From Macrostomum hystrix (Eukaryota; Animalia; Platyhelminthes), in the NCBI GenBank assembly GCA_950097015.1, contig CATNEN010000029.1, positions 5,828,001 to 5,892,000 of the forward strand: DNA of 64,000 nucleotides, given 5' to 3'. This document shows, in pieces, positions 23,628-35,073 of the stretch (its first letter is position 1; every line of letters begins with the position of its first letter). The notes below the pieces were generated by a model. That model did not search any database. It was not told the DNA's origin and saw nothing but the letters and a program-made list of their open reading frames with translations. Position numbers and translations under genes: made by a program.

Positions 23628-23835
23628 GGGGTTGTAGCCTAGCGGTTAAGAGCGTCGGACTCACGACTTGAAGGTCGATGGTTCGATTCCCGACTCCGCC
23701 GAAATAATTTGTGTCCTTTGGTACAGCATTTTCTAGGGTATTTCAGGGAGGGTGTGGCCACGCCAGTCCATGGACTGAACAAAAACGTAGCAGCCTTCAG
23801 ATGCGCCGCGCAATAGCTGCTTTGGCTGTGCTGTC
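23628..23835 (+). mobile_element. tRNA-derived SINE family A
   Basis: tRNA-like head (acceptor GGGGTTG/CGACTCC, TAGCCTAGCGG A box, GGTTCGATTCC B box, broken T stem). Core CCAGTCCATGGACTGAACA is shared with 34.4 and 56.1 kb; GCAGCCTTCAGATGCGCCGCGCAATAGCTGC is shared with 34.5 kb. Confidence 0.8.
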
Positions 23836-24149
23836 GGCTGCAGTTTCACAATAAATAGTCTTACCTTAATGACTAATTATTGATTCCAATGTTTGGTTTC
23901 ACACTTTGAGCATGGAACATCAGGGCGAAAAATAATCTTTGAAGGTTAGAAAATAAAAGAAAAAGAGGATAACCACACAACCGTATTTAAAGAAAAATTT
24001 GCGAAGCATGATAGACCCAGGTACGATTTAGCCAATCAGGCACAAGCAGCTGTAGCCAATTATCTTGGCTTGGGCCTCAGACGTACTTCAATCGACAGGA
24101 AAATTTATTGCCCTTTACACCTTGCACCAGAGATTTTTAAAACATGGAT

Positions 24150-24890
24150 TCATGAAATACCGATTCACCTGATCCTAATTCACGAAATACCGATTCACCA
24201 GATCCCAATTCACCAGATCCCAATTCACCTGATCCCAATTCACGAAATACCGATTCACCTGATCCCAATTCACGAAATACCGTTTCACCAGATCCCAATT
24301 CACCAGATCCCAATTCACCAGATCCCAATTCACCGGATCCCAATTTACCAGATCCCAATTCACCAGATCCCAATTCACCAGATCCCTATTCACCAGATCC
24401 CAATTCACCAGATCCCAATTCACCAGATACCAATTCACCAGATCCCGATTCACCAGATCCAAATTCACCAGATCCCTATTCACCAGATCCCAATTCACCA
24501 GATCCCAATTCACCAGATACCAATTCACCAGATCCCGATTCACCAGATCCAAATTCACCAGATCCCTATTCACCAGATCCCAATTCACCAGATCCCAATT
24601 CACCAGATCCCAATTCACCAGATCCAAATTCACCAGATCCCGATTCACCAGATCCCAATTCACCAGATCCCGATTCACCAGATCCCATTTCACGAAATAC
24701 CGATTCACCAGATCCCAATTCACGAAATACCGATTCACCAGATCCCAATTCACCGGATCCAAATTCACCAGATCCCGATTCACCAGATCCCATTTCACGA
24801 AATACCGATTCACCAGATCCCAATTCACGAAATACCGATTCACCAGATCCCAATTCACCGGATCCCAATTTACCAGATCCCAATTCACCA
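24150..24890. repeat. 15-bp minisatellite (CACCAGATCCCAATT)
   Basis: ~49 copies. Source of the HQIPI/NWDLV/GELGS pentapeptide ORFs. Confidence 0.96.
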
Positions 24891-24959
24891 GCAATGCAAC
24901 AGGTTTCACAACACCTAACACCGAAAATTTGAGTTTATAACAATGACGCCCCTTGCACT

Positions 24960-25166
24960 ACATTTGCCCTGACTTTCACATTGTCAGGCAGTGTTCACTT
25001 TCACTGTGCCTTGGAGGTTGGCCCTCAATGGCGTAAATCGCCTGACAAGCCCCAAACCTTCTCAGCGCGGCTGCGCCTGAAATGGTTGTGTTCTCGTCAT
25101 GGAATCGAGCTTCGGAACCTTGGTGCGAGAGAAAAATGGTTTAGACCGCTCTGCCACTTACCTCCC
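24960..25166 (-). mobile_element. SINE family B copy
   Basis: CACTGTGCCTTGGAGGTTGGCCCTCAA..GACAAGCCCCAA..GGAATCGAGCTT..ACCGCTCTGCCAC matches the family. Confidence 0.72.
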
Positions 25167-25668
25167 TGTTGGCATATTTGTCAATTTACTTATTTATTTG
25201 GCATAGCATAGGAGCATTTTAGTATATATTCTACTTGAAGTAGACTGGAAATGGTAGTAAAAAAACAAAAAGGTCCACACAGCTCCCATAAAACGAACGA
25301 TCTAGTTTATTAACTTGTCTTCCTCGGACCCACTTTCCTCTTCACTGCCCGGGCACCTTGACACTAATGACCTGGTCTCCATGAAACTGAATACAGACTG
25401 AGGCACCTACCTCCTCCAGTTGTCCATCATACATAATGGAATCTGCTTTCATTAATTAGCAGCTCTACCCTGGCAAAGACTTCCAAATGTAGACGGCGAT
25501 TAAATATCAGTCACTAGATAAATTGATTTTGCTTGCGGCCATATTTTGTTCAATTAGCTGACCAATTACTCAGCCCAGCTAATTTAATTGAAACTGAAAT
25601 TCAGACAGCAAGTCAGAACACAGCTGGTGACCTTGCAGTGATTGCTTTGAATAGTAAGCAGGGCCTTA

Positions 25669-27702
25669 GAGACTGTCTCACCGATTGACTCAACCAACTT
25701 GAGACTGTCTCACCGATTGACTCAACCAACTTGAGACTGTCTCACCGATTGACTCAACCAACTTGAGAGTGTCTCACCAATTGACTCAACCAACTTGAGA
25801 GTGTCTCACCAATTGACTCAACCAACTTGAGACTGTCTCACCGATTGACTCTACCAACTTGAGAGTGTCTCACCGATTGACTCAACCAACTTGAGACTGT
25901 CTCACCGATTGACTCTACCAACTTGAGAGTGTCTCACCGATTGACTCTACCAACTTGAGACTGTCTCACCGATTGACTCTACCAACTTGAGAGTGTCTCA
26001 CCGATTGACTCAACCAACTTGAGAGTGTCTCACCGATTGACTCAACCAACTTGAGACTGTCTCACCGATTGACTCTACCAACTTGAGAGTGTCTCACCGA
26101 TTGACTCTACCAACTTGAGAGTGTCTCACCGATTGACTCTACCAACTTGAGAGTGTCTCACCGATTGACTCAACCAACTTGAGACTGTCTCACCGATTGA
26201 CTCAACCAACTTGAGAGTGTCTCACCAATTGACTCAACCAACTTGAGAGTGTCTCACCGATTGACTCTACCAACTTGAGACTGTCTCACCAATTGACTCT
26301 ACCAACTTGAGAGTGTCTCACCGATTGACTCTACCAACTTGAGAGTGTCTCACCGATTGACTCTACCAACTTGAGAGTGTCTCACCAATTGACTCAACCA
26401 ACTTGAGAGTGTCTCACCAATTGACTCAACCAACTTGAGAGTGTCTCACCGATTGACTCTACCAACTTGAGACTGTCTCACCGATTGACTCTACCAACTT
26501 GAGAGTGTCTCACCGATTGACTCAACCAACTTGAGAGTGTCTCACCGATTGACTCTACCAACTTGAGAGTGTCTCACCAATTGACTCAACCAACTTGAGA
26601 GTGTCTCACCAATTGACTCAACCAACTTGAGAGTGTCTCACCGATTGACTCTACCAACTTGAGAGTGTCTCACCAATTGACTCAACCAACTTGAGAGTGT
26701 CTCACCGATTGACTCAACCAACTTGAGAGTGTCTCACCAATTGACTCAACCAACTTGAGACTGTCTCACCGATTGACTCTACCAACTTGAGAGTGTCTCA
26801 CCAATTGACTCAACCAACTTGAGAGTGTCTCACCGATTGACTCAACCAACTTGAGACTGTCTCACCAATTGACTCAACCAACTTGAGAGTGTCTCACCGA
26901 TTGACTCAACCAACTTGAGACTGTCTCACCAATTGACTCAACCAACTTGAGAGTGTCTCACCGATTGACTCAACCAACTTGAGACTGTCTCACCAATTGA
27001 CTCAACCAACTTGAGACTGTCTCACCGATTGACTCTACCAACTTGAGACTGTCTCACCGATTGACTCAACCAACTTGAGACTGTCTCACCAATTGACTCA
27101 ACCAACTTGAGAGTGTCTCACCGATTGACTCAACCAACTTGAGACTGTCTCACCGATTGACTCAACCAACTTGAGACTGTCTCACCGATTGACTCTACCA
27201 ACTTGAGACTGTCTCACCGATTGACTCTACCAACTTGAGACTGTCTCACCGATTGACTCAACCAACTTGAGAGTGTCTCACCGATTGACTCAACCAACTT
27301 GAGACTGTCTCACCGATTGACTCTACCAACTTGAGACTGTCTCACCGATTGACTCTACCAACTTGAGAGTGTCTCACCGATTGACTCAACCAACTTGAGA
27401 CTGTCTCACCGATTGACTCAACCAACTTGAGACTGTCTCACCGATTGACTCTACCAACTTGAGACTGTCTCACCGATTGACTCAACCAACTTGAGACTGT
27501 CTCACCGATTGACTCAACCAACTTGAGACTGTCTCACCGATTGACTCTACCAACTTGAGACTGTCTCACCAATTGACTCTACCAACTTGAGACTGTCTCA
27601 CCGATTGACTCAACCAACTTGAGACTGTCTCACCGATTGACTCAACCAACTTGAGACTGTCTCACCGATTGACTCTACCAACTTGAGACTGTCTCACCAA
27701 TT
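25669..27702. repeat. 32-bp minisatellite, ~63 copies, with three biallelic positions
   Basis: GAGA[C/G]TGTCTCACC[G/A]ATTGACTC[A/T]ACCAACTT at exact 32-bp period. Confidence 0.97.
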
Positions 27703-28182
27703 GATTTATATTATAAGGATTTTTTAGTAATAAATAAAACCACTCGATAATTAACACCTAGTGTGTGAAGACGTGTATGTATAAAGCTGTGTAATTTGGT
27801 AGGCATTGACATTTAGGTAGCGCAGTAGCAGCACTTCAGAGTCATAATAATTTATGGAAAAAAGAAAGAAAAATAAGGCGACAGATGAAAGGAGATATCG
27901 CGAGGGGAACTGTTTGCCAGGTCGAGCTGGGATTTTGTTACCTCCGGCTATTATCGCGTTTGCTGACTTTATTTGGGACGCTAGAGTTGTTTGTGTTTTT
28001 ACTCAGCCATCGACGCCTTCCGTTTGACTTCGTGGAAACAGGAAAGTCGATAAGCCAAATGGTTCGATTAAGGAGTCAAGTAAAGTTAGGGCAGCGATTG
28101 CGAGTCATCCAAAACGAATCACTCGACCACTCGGCGCTGTCTAAAATTTTAGTCACTCGCTATCTGAAAGATAAACTGGCTG

Positions 28183-28240
28183 ATTGGTCATTCGTGAGCC
28201 CACCTGTCTCTCTTTCTGCTCTCCTAGCCTCTTATAAATA
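28183..28240 (+). promoter_or_regulatory. Probable core promoter of neuropeptide gene 1 (reverse CCAAT plus TATA)
   Basis: ATTGG at 28183-28187, TATAAATA at 28233-28240, then a likely 5'-UTR intron GTAAGC(28306)..TTGCAG(28394) before the ATG at 28427. Confidence 0.6.
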
Positions 28241-28426
28241 GGCGCAGTTCAGAGCGGAATTGCTTCTCGCACTCGAAATTGACTGAAGCGATCGCTACAG
28301 CTTTGGTAAGCAACCCGATTTCGAGCATTGAACTCAGATCGGCAAATTATCCCTGATCAGAATTTCATCGCTAAAATGATCTTTGTCATTGCAGACATTC
28401 AGTAACAGGTAAAAACTGCCGAAAGC

Positions 28427-28795
28427 ATGCAGCCTGGCCTACTCATCAGCCTGTGCCTCTGTCTGTGCGCCGCGTCAGCCGCCGTCTTTGCCGCCTCCGT
28501 TGGCGACTACGAGATGATGAAGCGTCAGACGGACGCGTGGAGCGGCCACCGCATCACGGTGCCGATCCGCTTCCAGAAGCGCGGCCCGGAGCTCATCATC
28601 GACCGGCTGGACAAGCGCGGCCCTGAGCTGCTGCTCCAGCGATTTCCTTACGGCAAGAGGTTACAGAAGCGCGGCCCGGAGCTCATCATCGACCGGCTGG
28701 ACAAGCGCGGCCCTGAGCTGCTGCTCCAGCGACTTTCTTCCGGCAAGAGGTTCCAGAAGCGCGGCCCGGAGCTCATCATCGACCGACTGGACTGA
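28427..28795 (+). CDS. Multi-copy neuropeptide precursor, 122 aa
   Basis: Signal peptide MQPGLLISLCLCLCAASAAVFA, then KR-flanked peptides QTDAWSGHRITVPIRFQ, GPELIIDRLD x3, GPELLLQRFPY-G and GPELLLQRLSS-G (G-KR amidation signals). Internal 90-bp duplication. Confidence 0.93.
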   Translation: MQPGLLISLCLCLCAASAAVFAASVGDYEMMKRQTDAWSGHRITVPIRFQKRGPELIIDRLDKRGPELLLQRFPYGKRLQKRGPELIIDRLDKRGPELLLQRLSSGKRFQKRGPELIIDRLD

Positions 28796-29310
28796 GCCGC
28801 TTCGCTGATTGACGAACTTCACTCCCATTCTTCCCCGTTCAGTCGAAGCTCCGACAATTAAATCTTCTATGCCACCCTGACGCTGCACGGACCTAAATTG
28901 AGAGAAATATATTGAGGTGATTAAAACACATTCTGCTTGCGCTGCGCATCCGTGCAAGCAACATCTCTGCAGTTGATATTGCTTTTTCTAAGTTCGTCAA
29001 TGCTTTCACAAAACTGTAAACTGAAAAGTTGATAAGAGAACTGTTGCACAACAGTTAGTGCTATTTCTAGCGGGTACCAACATGTTACTTTCCCAAGCGG
29101 GTAATTTGCTGAATAACTATTTTTAGAGACAATTCTTTTAACGAACTTATATTGGATTAATTTCAGACTGGAAAACAAATAGAATTTGCAGCTAAAGAGA
29201 AGGATTTTTTGCAACTACTACTGAAAACCAGTAGCCAGTAAGTATAAGAGACACAAACAAGCAGTCTTAGTTCCTTCCATCTCATCTCCACACACTTACA
29301 ATAATTAGTA

Positions 29311-29823
29311 AGAGGTATAGTAATTACTTATCCTGGAGAAGTACATTTAGATCGAAAGCTGGCATACGAGGGCAAAGTGAGCATTTGGCCGAATATGGCG
29401 GCATTGAAGCAACAAAGCATAAAGGTTGCGCCGCTGCTTATTAATATTGATTCGCTACAATAAATTTTGCAGTCAGAAATCATAAGCAAAGCAGTTGACA
29501 AAGTAGAAGATGAAGTTGTTGAGAAATTCATCTTAGAAAATGTAACACAATTTCACATAAGACAATTAGTAGTAGTAGTAGGCAAGACAGGCTTTCTAGG
29601 ACAAAAATTATCGCAGCCTCCATAATGTACAAACCAGCAACAAACCAGCAACAGAGCAACAGACCCATACTTTAGTCTTGATGTACATAAGATAGACAGG
29701 CATTTCACATCAGCATCCGGTGATTACTATTTTCTATCCCAAGACTTTAATTCAAAAGCCCCCACACGATCATTCCCAATGGCTGAGCTTCTAGTGATTC
29801 CACATGATACAGAAATAAATTAA
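29311..29823 (+). pseudogene. Unassigned ~170-codon frame with two internal stops, within the Polinton relic
   Basis: One frame (RGIVITYPGEVHLDRK...LLVIPHDTEIN*) interrupted only by two TAA codons and ending 17 nt before the pX-like ATG. Confidence 0.45.
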
Positions 29824-29839
29824 TTTTTTTAAAAATGAC

Positions 29840-30286
29840 ATGATTGAAACCAGAACCGTGAATAAAATCAGCAGAATTATCGACTCTAAGAAGCCAGGTG
29901 TTGTATCAATTAAAGGTGTCAAAGTCAAAGTAGATCCAATCCAGCATCTAATCCATTGTAACAATCAAACGCACAATATCACTGATGAGAAGACAGGCGG
30001 GATTCTTCCTTTGCTAACTCTTATCCCCATCATCGCAGGCGCTCTTGGAGCTGCAGGAGGTGTAGCCGGCGGAGTTGCATCAGCTGTGAAGGCTGGCAAT
30101 GACAGAGCACATCAACGAGAGATGGAGAAAATCGCTAGAGAAAAAGGAGTCAGAATCGGAATGGGTAGTTGTGGATCAGTTGATGAATCAGTTGATGAAT
30201 CAGTTGATGAATCAGTCAGCAAATCAGAAATCGTTAAAGCCATCATGACACTGCATAAAGCAGGATTTACAATACTCCGGATGTGA
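29840..30286 (+). CDS. Adenovirus pX-like (adintovirus cupiennin-type) core/membrane-active protein, intact 148-aa ORF
   Basis: KTGGILPLLTLIPIIAGALGAAGGVAGGVASAVKA resembles the adenovirus pX C-terminal GGILPLLIPLIAAAIGAVPGIAS motif, preceded by a GG protease-type site. Confidence 0.75.
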   Translation: MIETRTVNKISRIIDSKKPGVVSIKGVKVKVDPIQHLIHCNNQTHNITDEKTGGILPLLTLIPIIAGALGAAGGVAGGVASAVKAGNDRAHQREMEKIAREKGVRIGMGSCGSVDESVDESVDESVSKSEIVKAIMTLHKAGFTILRM

Positions 30287-30299
30287 AAACAGAACAGAA

Positions 30300-30850
30300 C
30301 AGAATCTGCTCTCATAACTCCTTGTCTTTAACCCGACGCTTGAGTGGCGGTCCGCGCCGTGGATTCTGCTTTATACACTTTCTTCTCGAATCCCAATTCC
30401 CTATACCAAGTGTCATCTTTAAATTCAACCTCCGCATCTTTGTGAACTTGCATGACCACTCTCATTACAGTGAGATCATATGATAGTTTGACAGGGAACA
30501 GTTTCTTCTCTGGCTTACTCGCATTGGGTGTTTCAAAATGGCCTCTTTTAGTAAAGACGTTTTCTAGAAAGTAATTATATAGGTGCCCACGCCCTGTGTG
30601 CTCACAGGGAATACAACAGCCTTTTCTTCACCTTTCCATTCGTAATGAAACTTATTATTTGCTGCCGTCACATTGGGAACGTTTGACCAACCCAGTGAAG
30701 TCATTAAGATATACATTTTAATTAGCACCTGGATCCAAACGAATCGGCTGCTCTAATTTCTCAACAAAAATCCCACTTTGGTCATTAATTCGCCCTGTTA
30801 TTGTAATAGGAATGCCCTCCTTAGAGTGAGAAATAATATTATTTAGTCTT
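30300..30850 (-). pseudogene. Polinton minor capsid (penton) pseudogene
   Basis: Minus-strand IPITITG..KLEQPIRLDPGAN*NVYLNDFTG / frameshift / WSNVPNVTAANNKFHY ... RELGFEKKVYKA matches the PI.L...Y.....F...S.PN....NNKF.Y and LGF pattern I recall for Maverick pentons. Confidence 0.7.
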
Positions 30851-31096
30851 TCAGCAATCGCTTCCTTTTTTTTCACCCACGAAAAAAAATATTTAAACTT
30901 TACTGGATGAATTGTTGATCACGTTAAGCTTCACCTTCCTCTCAAATGCATAGATAATGTACAGGTCAACAGCAGTTGCGGCAGTCCTCTGTGGAACTCT
31001 TTAATATTGGAATATTAAAAATAGGCTTGTTAATTTTGTAGAAAACTGGTGTCTGTGGGTCGTTCATTTTTTAACTAAAAAAAAATAAAATAAGAA

Positions 31097-32040
31097 ATGA
31101 AGAGAAAAAATGCACACCAAATATCTGAATTGGAGAAGCTAGCACAAGCAGAAAAGAGAGTTACCGGGCTAATCAATAAGGAGCAACAATCCTACAATGA
31201 GTTTGTCCAAGCAGCCACAGAGTTTCATAAACCCGGGTATGGAGAAGCTAAGAAAAATATTGATCAAGTCAAAGAAACTATTGACGACGTACAGGAAACC
31301 CATGTGCAAAAGGCTTTGGACAAAATTCCAGAAGCTCCGCAGATACAACAATCCGCAGATCCGCAACCACAACAGTCACAACTAAAAGTGACAGATAACA
31401 TTTTTGGACCAGTAGAACATGATGGGAAATATGTATTTGGAATAAGTATGTGGAGAAAAAAACATTTATAATGAACCATGTGGAATATTATATCGACAAA
31501 AATAATAAATATATTTCTGTCGTCAAAGGCTCAAGAAACTAAGAGCGTAGCTTTTACAGAAACATTACTGACATTTATGACTAAAAACCAGGAGAAAATT
31601 ACGGACAAGCAGCTAAAGAACTATAGAGATCTAGTGAGTTTTGCTCTTGCTAGAGATATAGAAATACTAAAGGCTCCCACAAGTTCTGAAAATGATGCAT
31701 GACAACGGTGTCATCCTGACTAGATTAAAAAAGTACAAGCATTTTAAACAATGGTTTGGTTTGCCAGATCAAGAAGATGCAATAATATTCTAGAATAATT
31801 TAGGAATATTAAAAGTAGAGAATTTAGAATATGGAGACCGAGTTTTTAGAGACAGGCGGGGACCCTTTTTTCCTGATCTCAAAGGTAATGGTTTGTACAT
31901 TATGGAGGCTGCGATAATTTTTGTCCCAGAAAGCCTGTCTTGCCTACTACTAGTAGTGTTGCACAAATTGCTGCTGCAACGATGGAAGAGAAAAAAATCA
32001 CAAGGAAAATTAAGCCTAAAGGAAGAAATTATTGATTTGT
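31097..32040 (+). pseudogene. Frameshifted Polinton/Maverick conserved ORF
   Basis: Coiled-coil start, then DNIFGPVEHDGKYVFG, TETLL..NQEKITDKQLKNYRDLV, KKYKHF and LKGNGL across at least three frames, similar to a widespread uncharacterised Maverick protein (recalled, not searched). Confidence 0.55.
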
Positions 32041-32669
32041 AATTTACTTTGCTATTACAGATATCTCTGTAATATACGAGTACTTTGCTATGGCTTCTGT
32101 GGTTTCCTTGTCATTGTGCAAATATTTTCATTTATCTTTTCGCAGGAGTTTTTCTGAGATTTTGTTTTCAAACTTCAAAACAATTTTAACTACACTTTAA
32201 TAAGAAGTGGACCTATATAGTTTATTTTCAACTTCTCTTTGACAACAAAGTCTTGACTTTGACAAGTCTTGTCTGACGGCGAACCACACACTATCAGCCT
32301 CACCTTCCGCTACAATGTCGTCATCCCTTCGAGGGGTGCTGCTACCGACCACAGGAACCATCGGCAGGCCCATTGCTGCACGTACAGATTCCTAAAAGAC
32401 GGCCTCGCCGGCTTTGGGTCTGCATCCTGATCATTGCCACTAGCATGCTGGCAGCTCGCACCGGCGGGACACAGCGCCTGTGAGGTACGAGTCAGATCAG
32501 ACCAGCAAATGTCTGCGATGTTTCACGCCAGCAGTTACCTTTTGCGCAACTCTCTAATGCCTGTCTCACCGCGCCGAGGTGCTGGATGGTCCGGGGAGTT
32601 TTTGCCGGTTATTAGCGGCTTTTTTATTTATTCTTTAATTCTTTTTCCGCAGTCCAACTTGCTTTTGTT

Positions 32670-32960
32670 GCCAGGGGCTGCATCCGGCAGACTCTCCATA
32701 GTCATCAAGATTGAAATACTTGCCATCATCTAAATGCCAGGCTATCGTCATCCACTCTGACAGCCAAGCAGCTTTGCCGCACCAATCCATCTGTGTAAAA
32801 ATCGAAAGGAAATCCGCGCCCTCGTCGTGACCTTCACGGGCCACGGCAACCTCGCCAGGTTTAACTTGCTCCGGGGGCGACCTTGAGAGTGAACGCGGTC
32901 CCTTTTTGTGAGTGTGACAACGAAGATGCTGAGCACTTTGTATGTCGCTGTTATTTTCTT
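32670..32960 (+). mobile_element. 3' fragment of an RNase H-bearing non-LTR retrotransposon (I/Loa/R1 group)
   Basis: Frameshifted IEILAII and IVIHSDSQAAL (RNase H), then EIRALVVTFTGHGNLAR and CECDNEDAEHFVCRC (C-terminal zinc-knuckle region), in the expected order. Confidence 0.62.
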
Positions 32961-34272
32961 TAACGGAGATCGGCTACGCGGCTATATTTGCCCAACCCGT
33001 CAGTTCCTTCGGGCGAGCCGTCTGTGGGCCTATAAGAGTCATTGGAATGGGCAACTCAAACCTCCCCATTGTGTCCAAGGACCACCCAGCAGCGCGCAAA
33101 AGGGAACAAAAAGGGTTAAATTTGTGCAACGGTAAAATTTGAATCGTGCAGCTCCGATTTTGCTGTATTTGATAGTCCTGCAGAACTCAGACTGCAAGTC
33201 AGCGATTCCCGCTGCCGTTTTGGAAACGAAGTGAATTGTTAATACTAGTTGCCTAAAGCAGCTTTTGAATGTGAATGAGCTAGCTCAGTATAGCTGGTAT
33301 AAAATTTCTGTCCTTACTGAGTAACTGAGTAGAGCTGCAATGCAGAGGGACCCATGCGCATCTTCCAGCTCCGCTTGGGTAGCTGTCAGTGCGCGTAATG
33401 AGGTCGAGAGCTTGCTGAGCTGGTAGTTTGGCTTTCACATGACGATTGAATCAGAACGAAAAGCGATGAACCAGCATTTCCTCCTCCAAGCGCGTTGACA
33501 TACGTCGACACTCTCATCCAAGGAACTCTGACTCTAGTTGTATAACGAAGACTTATTTTTCGAGTAGCGGGTTACCTAAAATGAGTATTCTCTTTGCGAA
33601 AATTCTCTTTAGTTGGTCTTTGTCCGTCGTCGCCCGCCTCTTGCTTCGAGGAATTAAGGTTTTGAGGATCCGTCGAATAATGAATCAAATAATCAAGTAC
33701 AAGACCTGTCCCGACCACTTTTAATGGAAGTTGGTCAACTCGAGCACACCAGATAGGAATTTTTGTGGTTGCCGTGACCCTGCCGTGACGGCACATTCGG
33801 TCATCAATACTATTTATAGCCTGTCCAATTCGATGTCTTGGACCGCAGGAAGACACAGCGTTTGCGTTTCCGATCTTCAACGATGACACGCGTGCAGAAA
33901 GCCGCTTGAAGAAAGGCAAAGTCGAAATCAGGCTGGGAAAATCAATTAGGGAATTAGGCCACAGCATTCCTCAAGAGGTTCAGTTGCACAATTTCGTCAG
34001 TGTCTCCTCTGTCCGTTAAGATTCGAGTCACGAGTTTGAGTTTAATTTTTCTGTTTCTATTTTACTAGCTTACCAGCTTTTAGTGACATGTGCGCATGCG
34101 ATGAAGAATGGATAGGTTTTTGTGGAAATTCGATGCAACTACATACTCATTTACATTTTATTTCAATGTTTTTTTAGCTAAGATGTAGAACCCTTAGTGT
34201 TGCTGGACTCTAAACTAGAATTTGTCCATTTGTCCAACAAGGAAACTTGAGGTTGATTAATTTGTAATCAAT

Positions 34273-34515
34273 GGTTGTAGCCTTGTGGTTAGTGCATCGG
34301 AATCCCGACTTGAAGGTCAGGGGTTCAAATCTCGATTCCACTGGAACGATTTGAGTCCTTTTAGCAAGACACTTCTGTTCACCTAGCTGCTAATTAGGCT
34401 AAATTACCAGCATTAGCTGAGGTAATTGAAGGTTGCCCCCCTCCCAGTCCATGGACTGAACAGCCTTGCGCAGCCTTCAGATGCGCCGCGCAATAGCTGC
34501 GGCTGTGCTTTTGGC
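34273..34515 (+). mobile_element. tRNA-derived SINE family A
   Basis: GGTTGTAGCCTTGTGGTTAG..GGTTCAAATCTC head plus the same core and 3' block as 23628-23835. Confidence 0.8.
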
Positions 34516-35073
34516 TACTACACCTGGCCAAATTAAGGCAGGTGTAATCAATTATTGCTTTTATTATATTAATGCCCCACAATAAATTAAACCTTGAAAT
34601 TCTTGAACAACGTCTTGGAAAGAAAATAAATATTTTGTGTTCATTGTCAGCTCTGAAGCCTATTAGCTTAGCATCTTGGGAAGAAGCCTACCCTGTTTTG
34701 CTCCGCAGCCAATCGGACTTGCATCGCATTATACTCAATTCAGAGGTTCTTCCCATCCGCACTGCTGTCCTCCCTTCGATCCCCCAGCGCTCCCCCGAAG
34801 GGATAAATTCCGGCAATGGGAAGCGGTGCGTGGGAGTCGCTACAGTTGCTGTCCGCGCTCTCTGGTTGTTGATTAAGAAGCCGCCCACGCAAACCCAAAG
34901 GGCTCGACATTTCTGCAGGCCAAGTCTGCGAGACCCCGTCCAAGAAATTCAGGGTAAGTCTCGGCGCCTCATTACTGAGAGAGGAGCAGCTCAGGAGTCC
35001 TGGGGTCAGGCGGCTGACAGAGCTATAAAACTGATGCTTGAACTTTCCACAGAAAAATAGCTCGTCAACCAGA

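Larger units (their letters stand above)
29250..32260. mobile_element. Degraded endogenous Polinton/Maverick (adintovirus-like) segment; boundaries approximate
   Basis: AT-rich, intronless, tightly packed ORFs and pseudo-ORFs including pX-like, penton-like and a Maverick-type conserved ORF. No polB, integrase, ATPase, major capsid or clear TIRs seen. Confidence 0.8.

Noticed and set aside
23628-23700. tRNA gene (anticodon CAC)
   Set aside because: T stem lacks three bases, the anticodon stem is mispaired, and it continues into a SINE body.
24070-24918. His-rich HQIPI pentapeptide-repeat protein
   Set aside because: Non-ATG start, no signal peptide, several frames open; a 15-bp array artefact.
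29568-29580. (AGT)4 as a Polinton terminus
   Set aside because: Lies inside a pseudo-ORF (codes VVVV) and no matching inverted repeat was found.
33570-33830. Minus-strand TATAAATA plus a GTAACC donor suggesting a third small gene
   Set aside because: No ATG-led frame with a signal peptide or recognisable product downstream.
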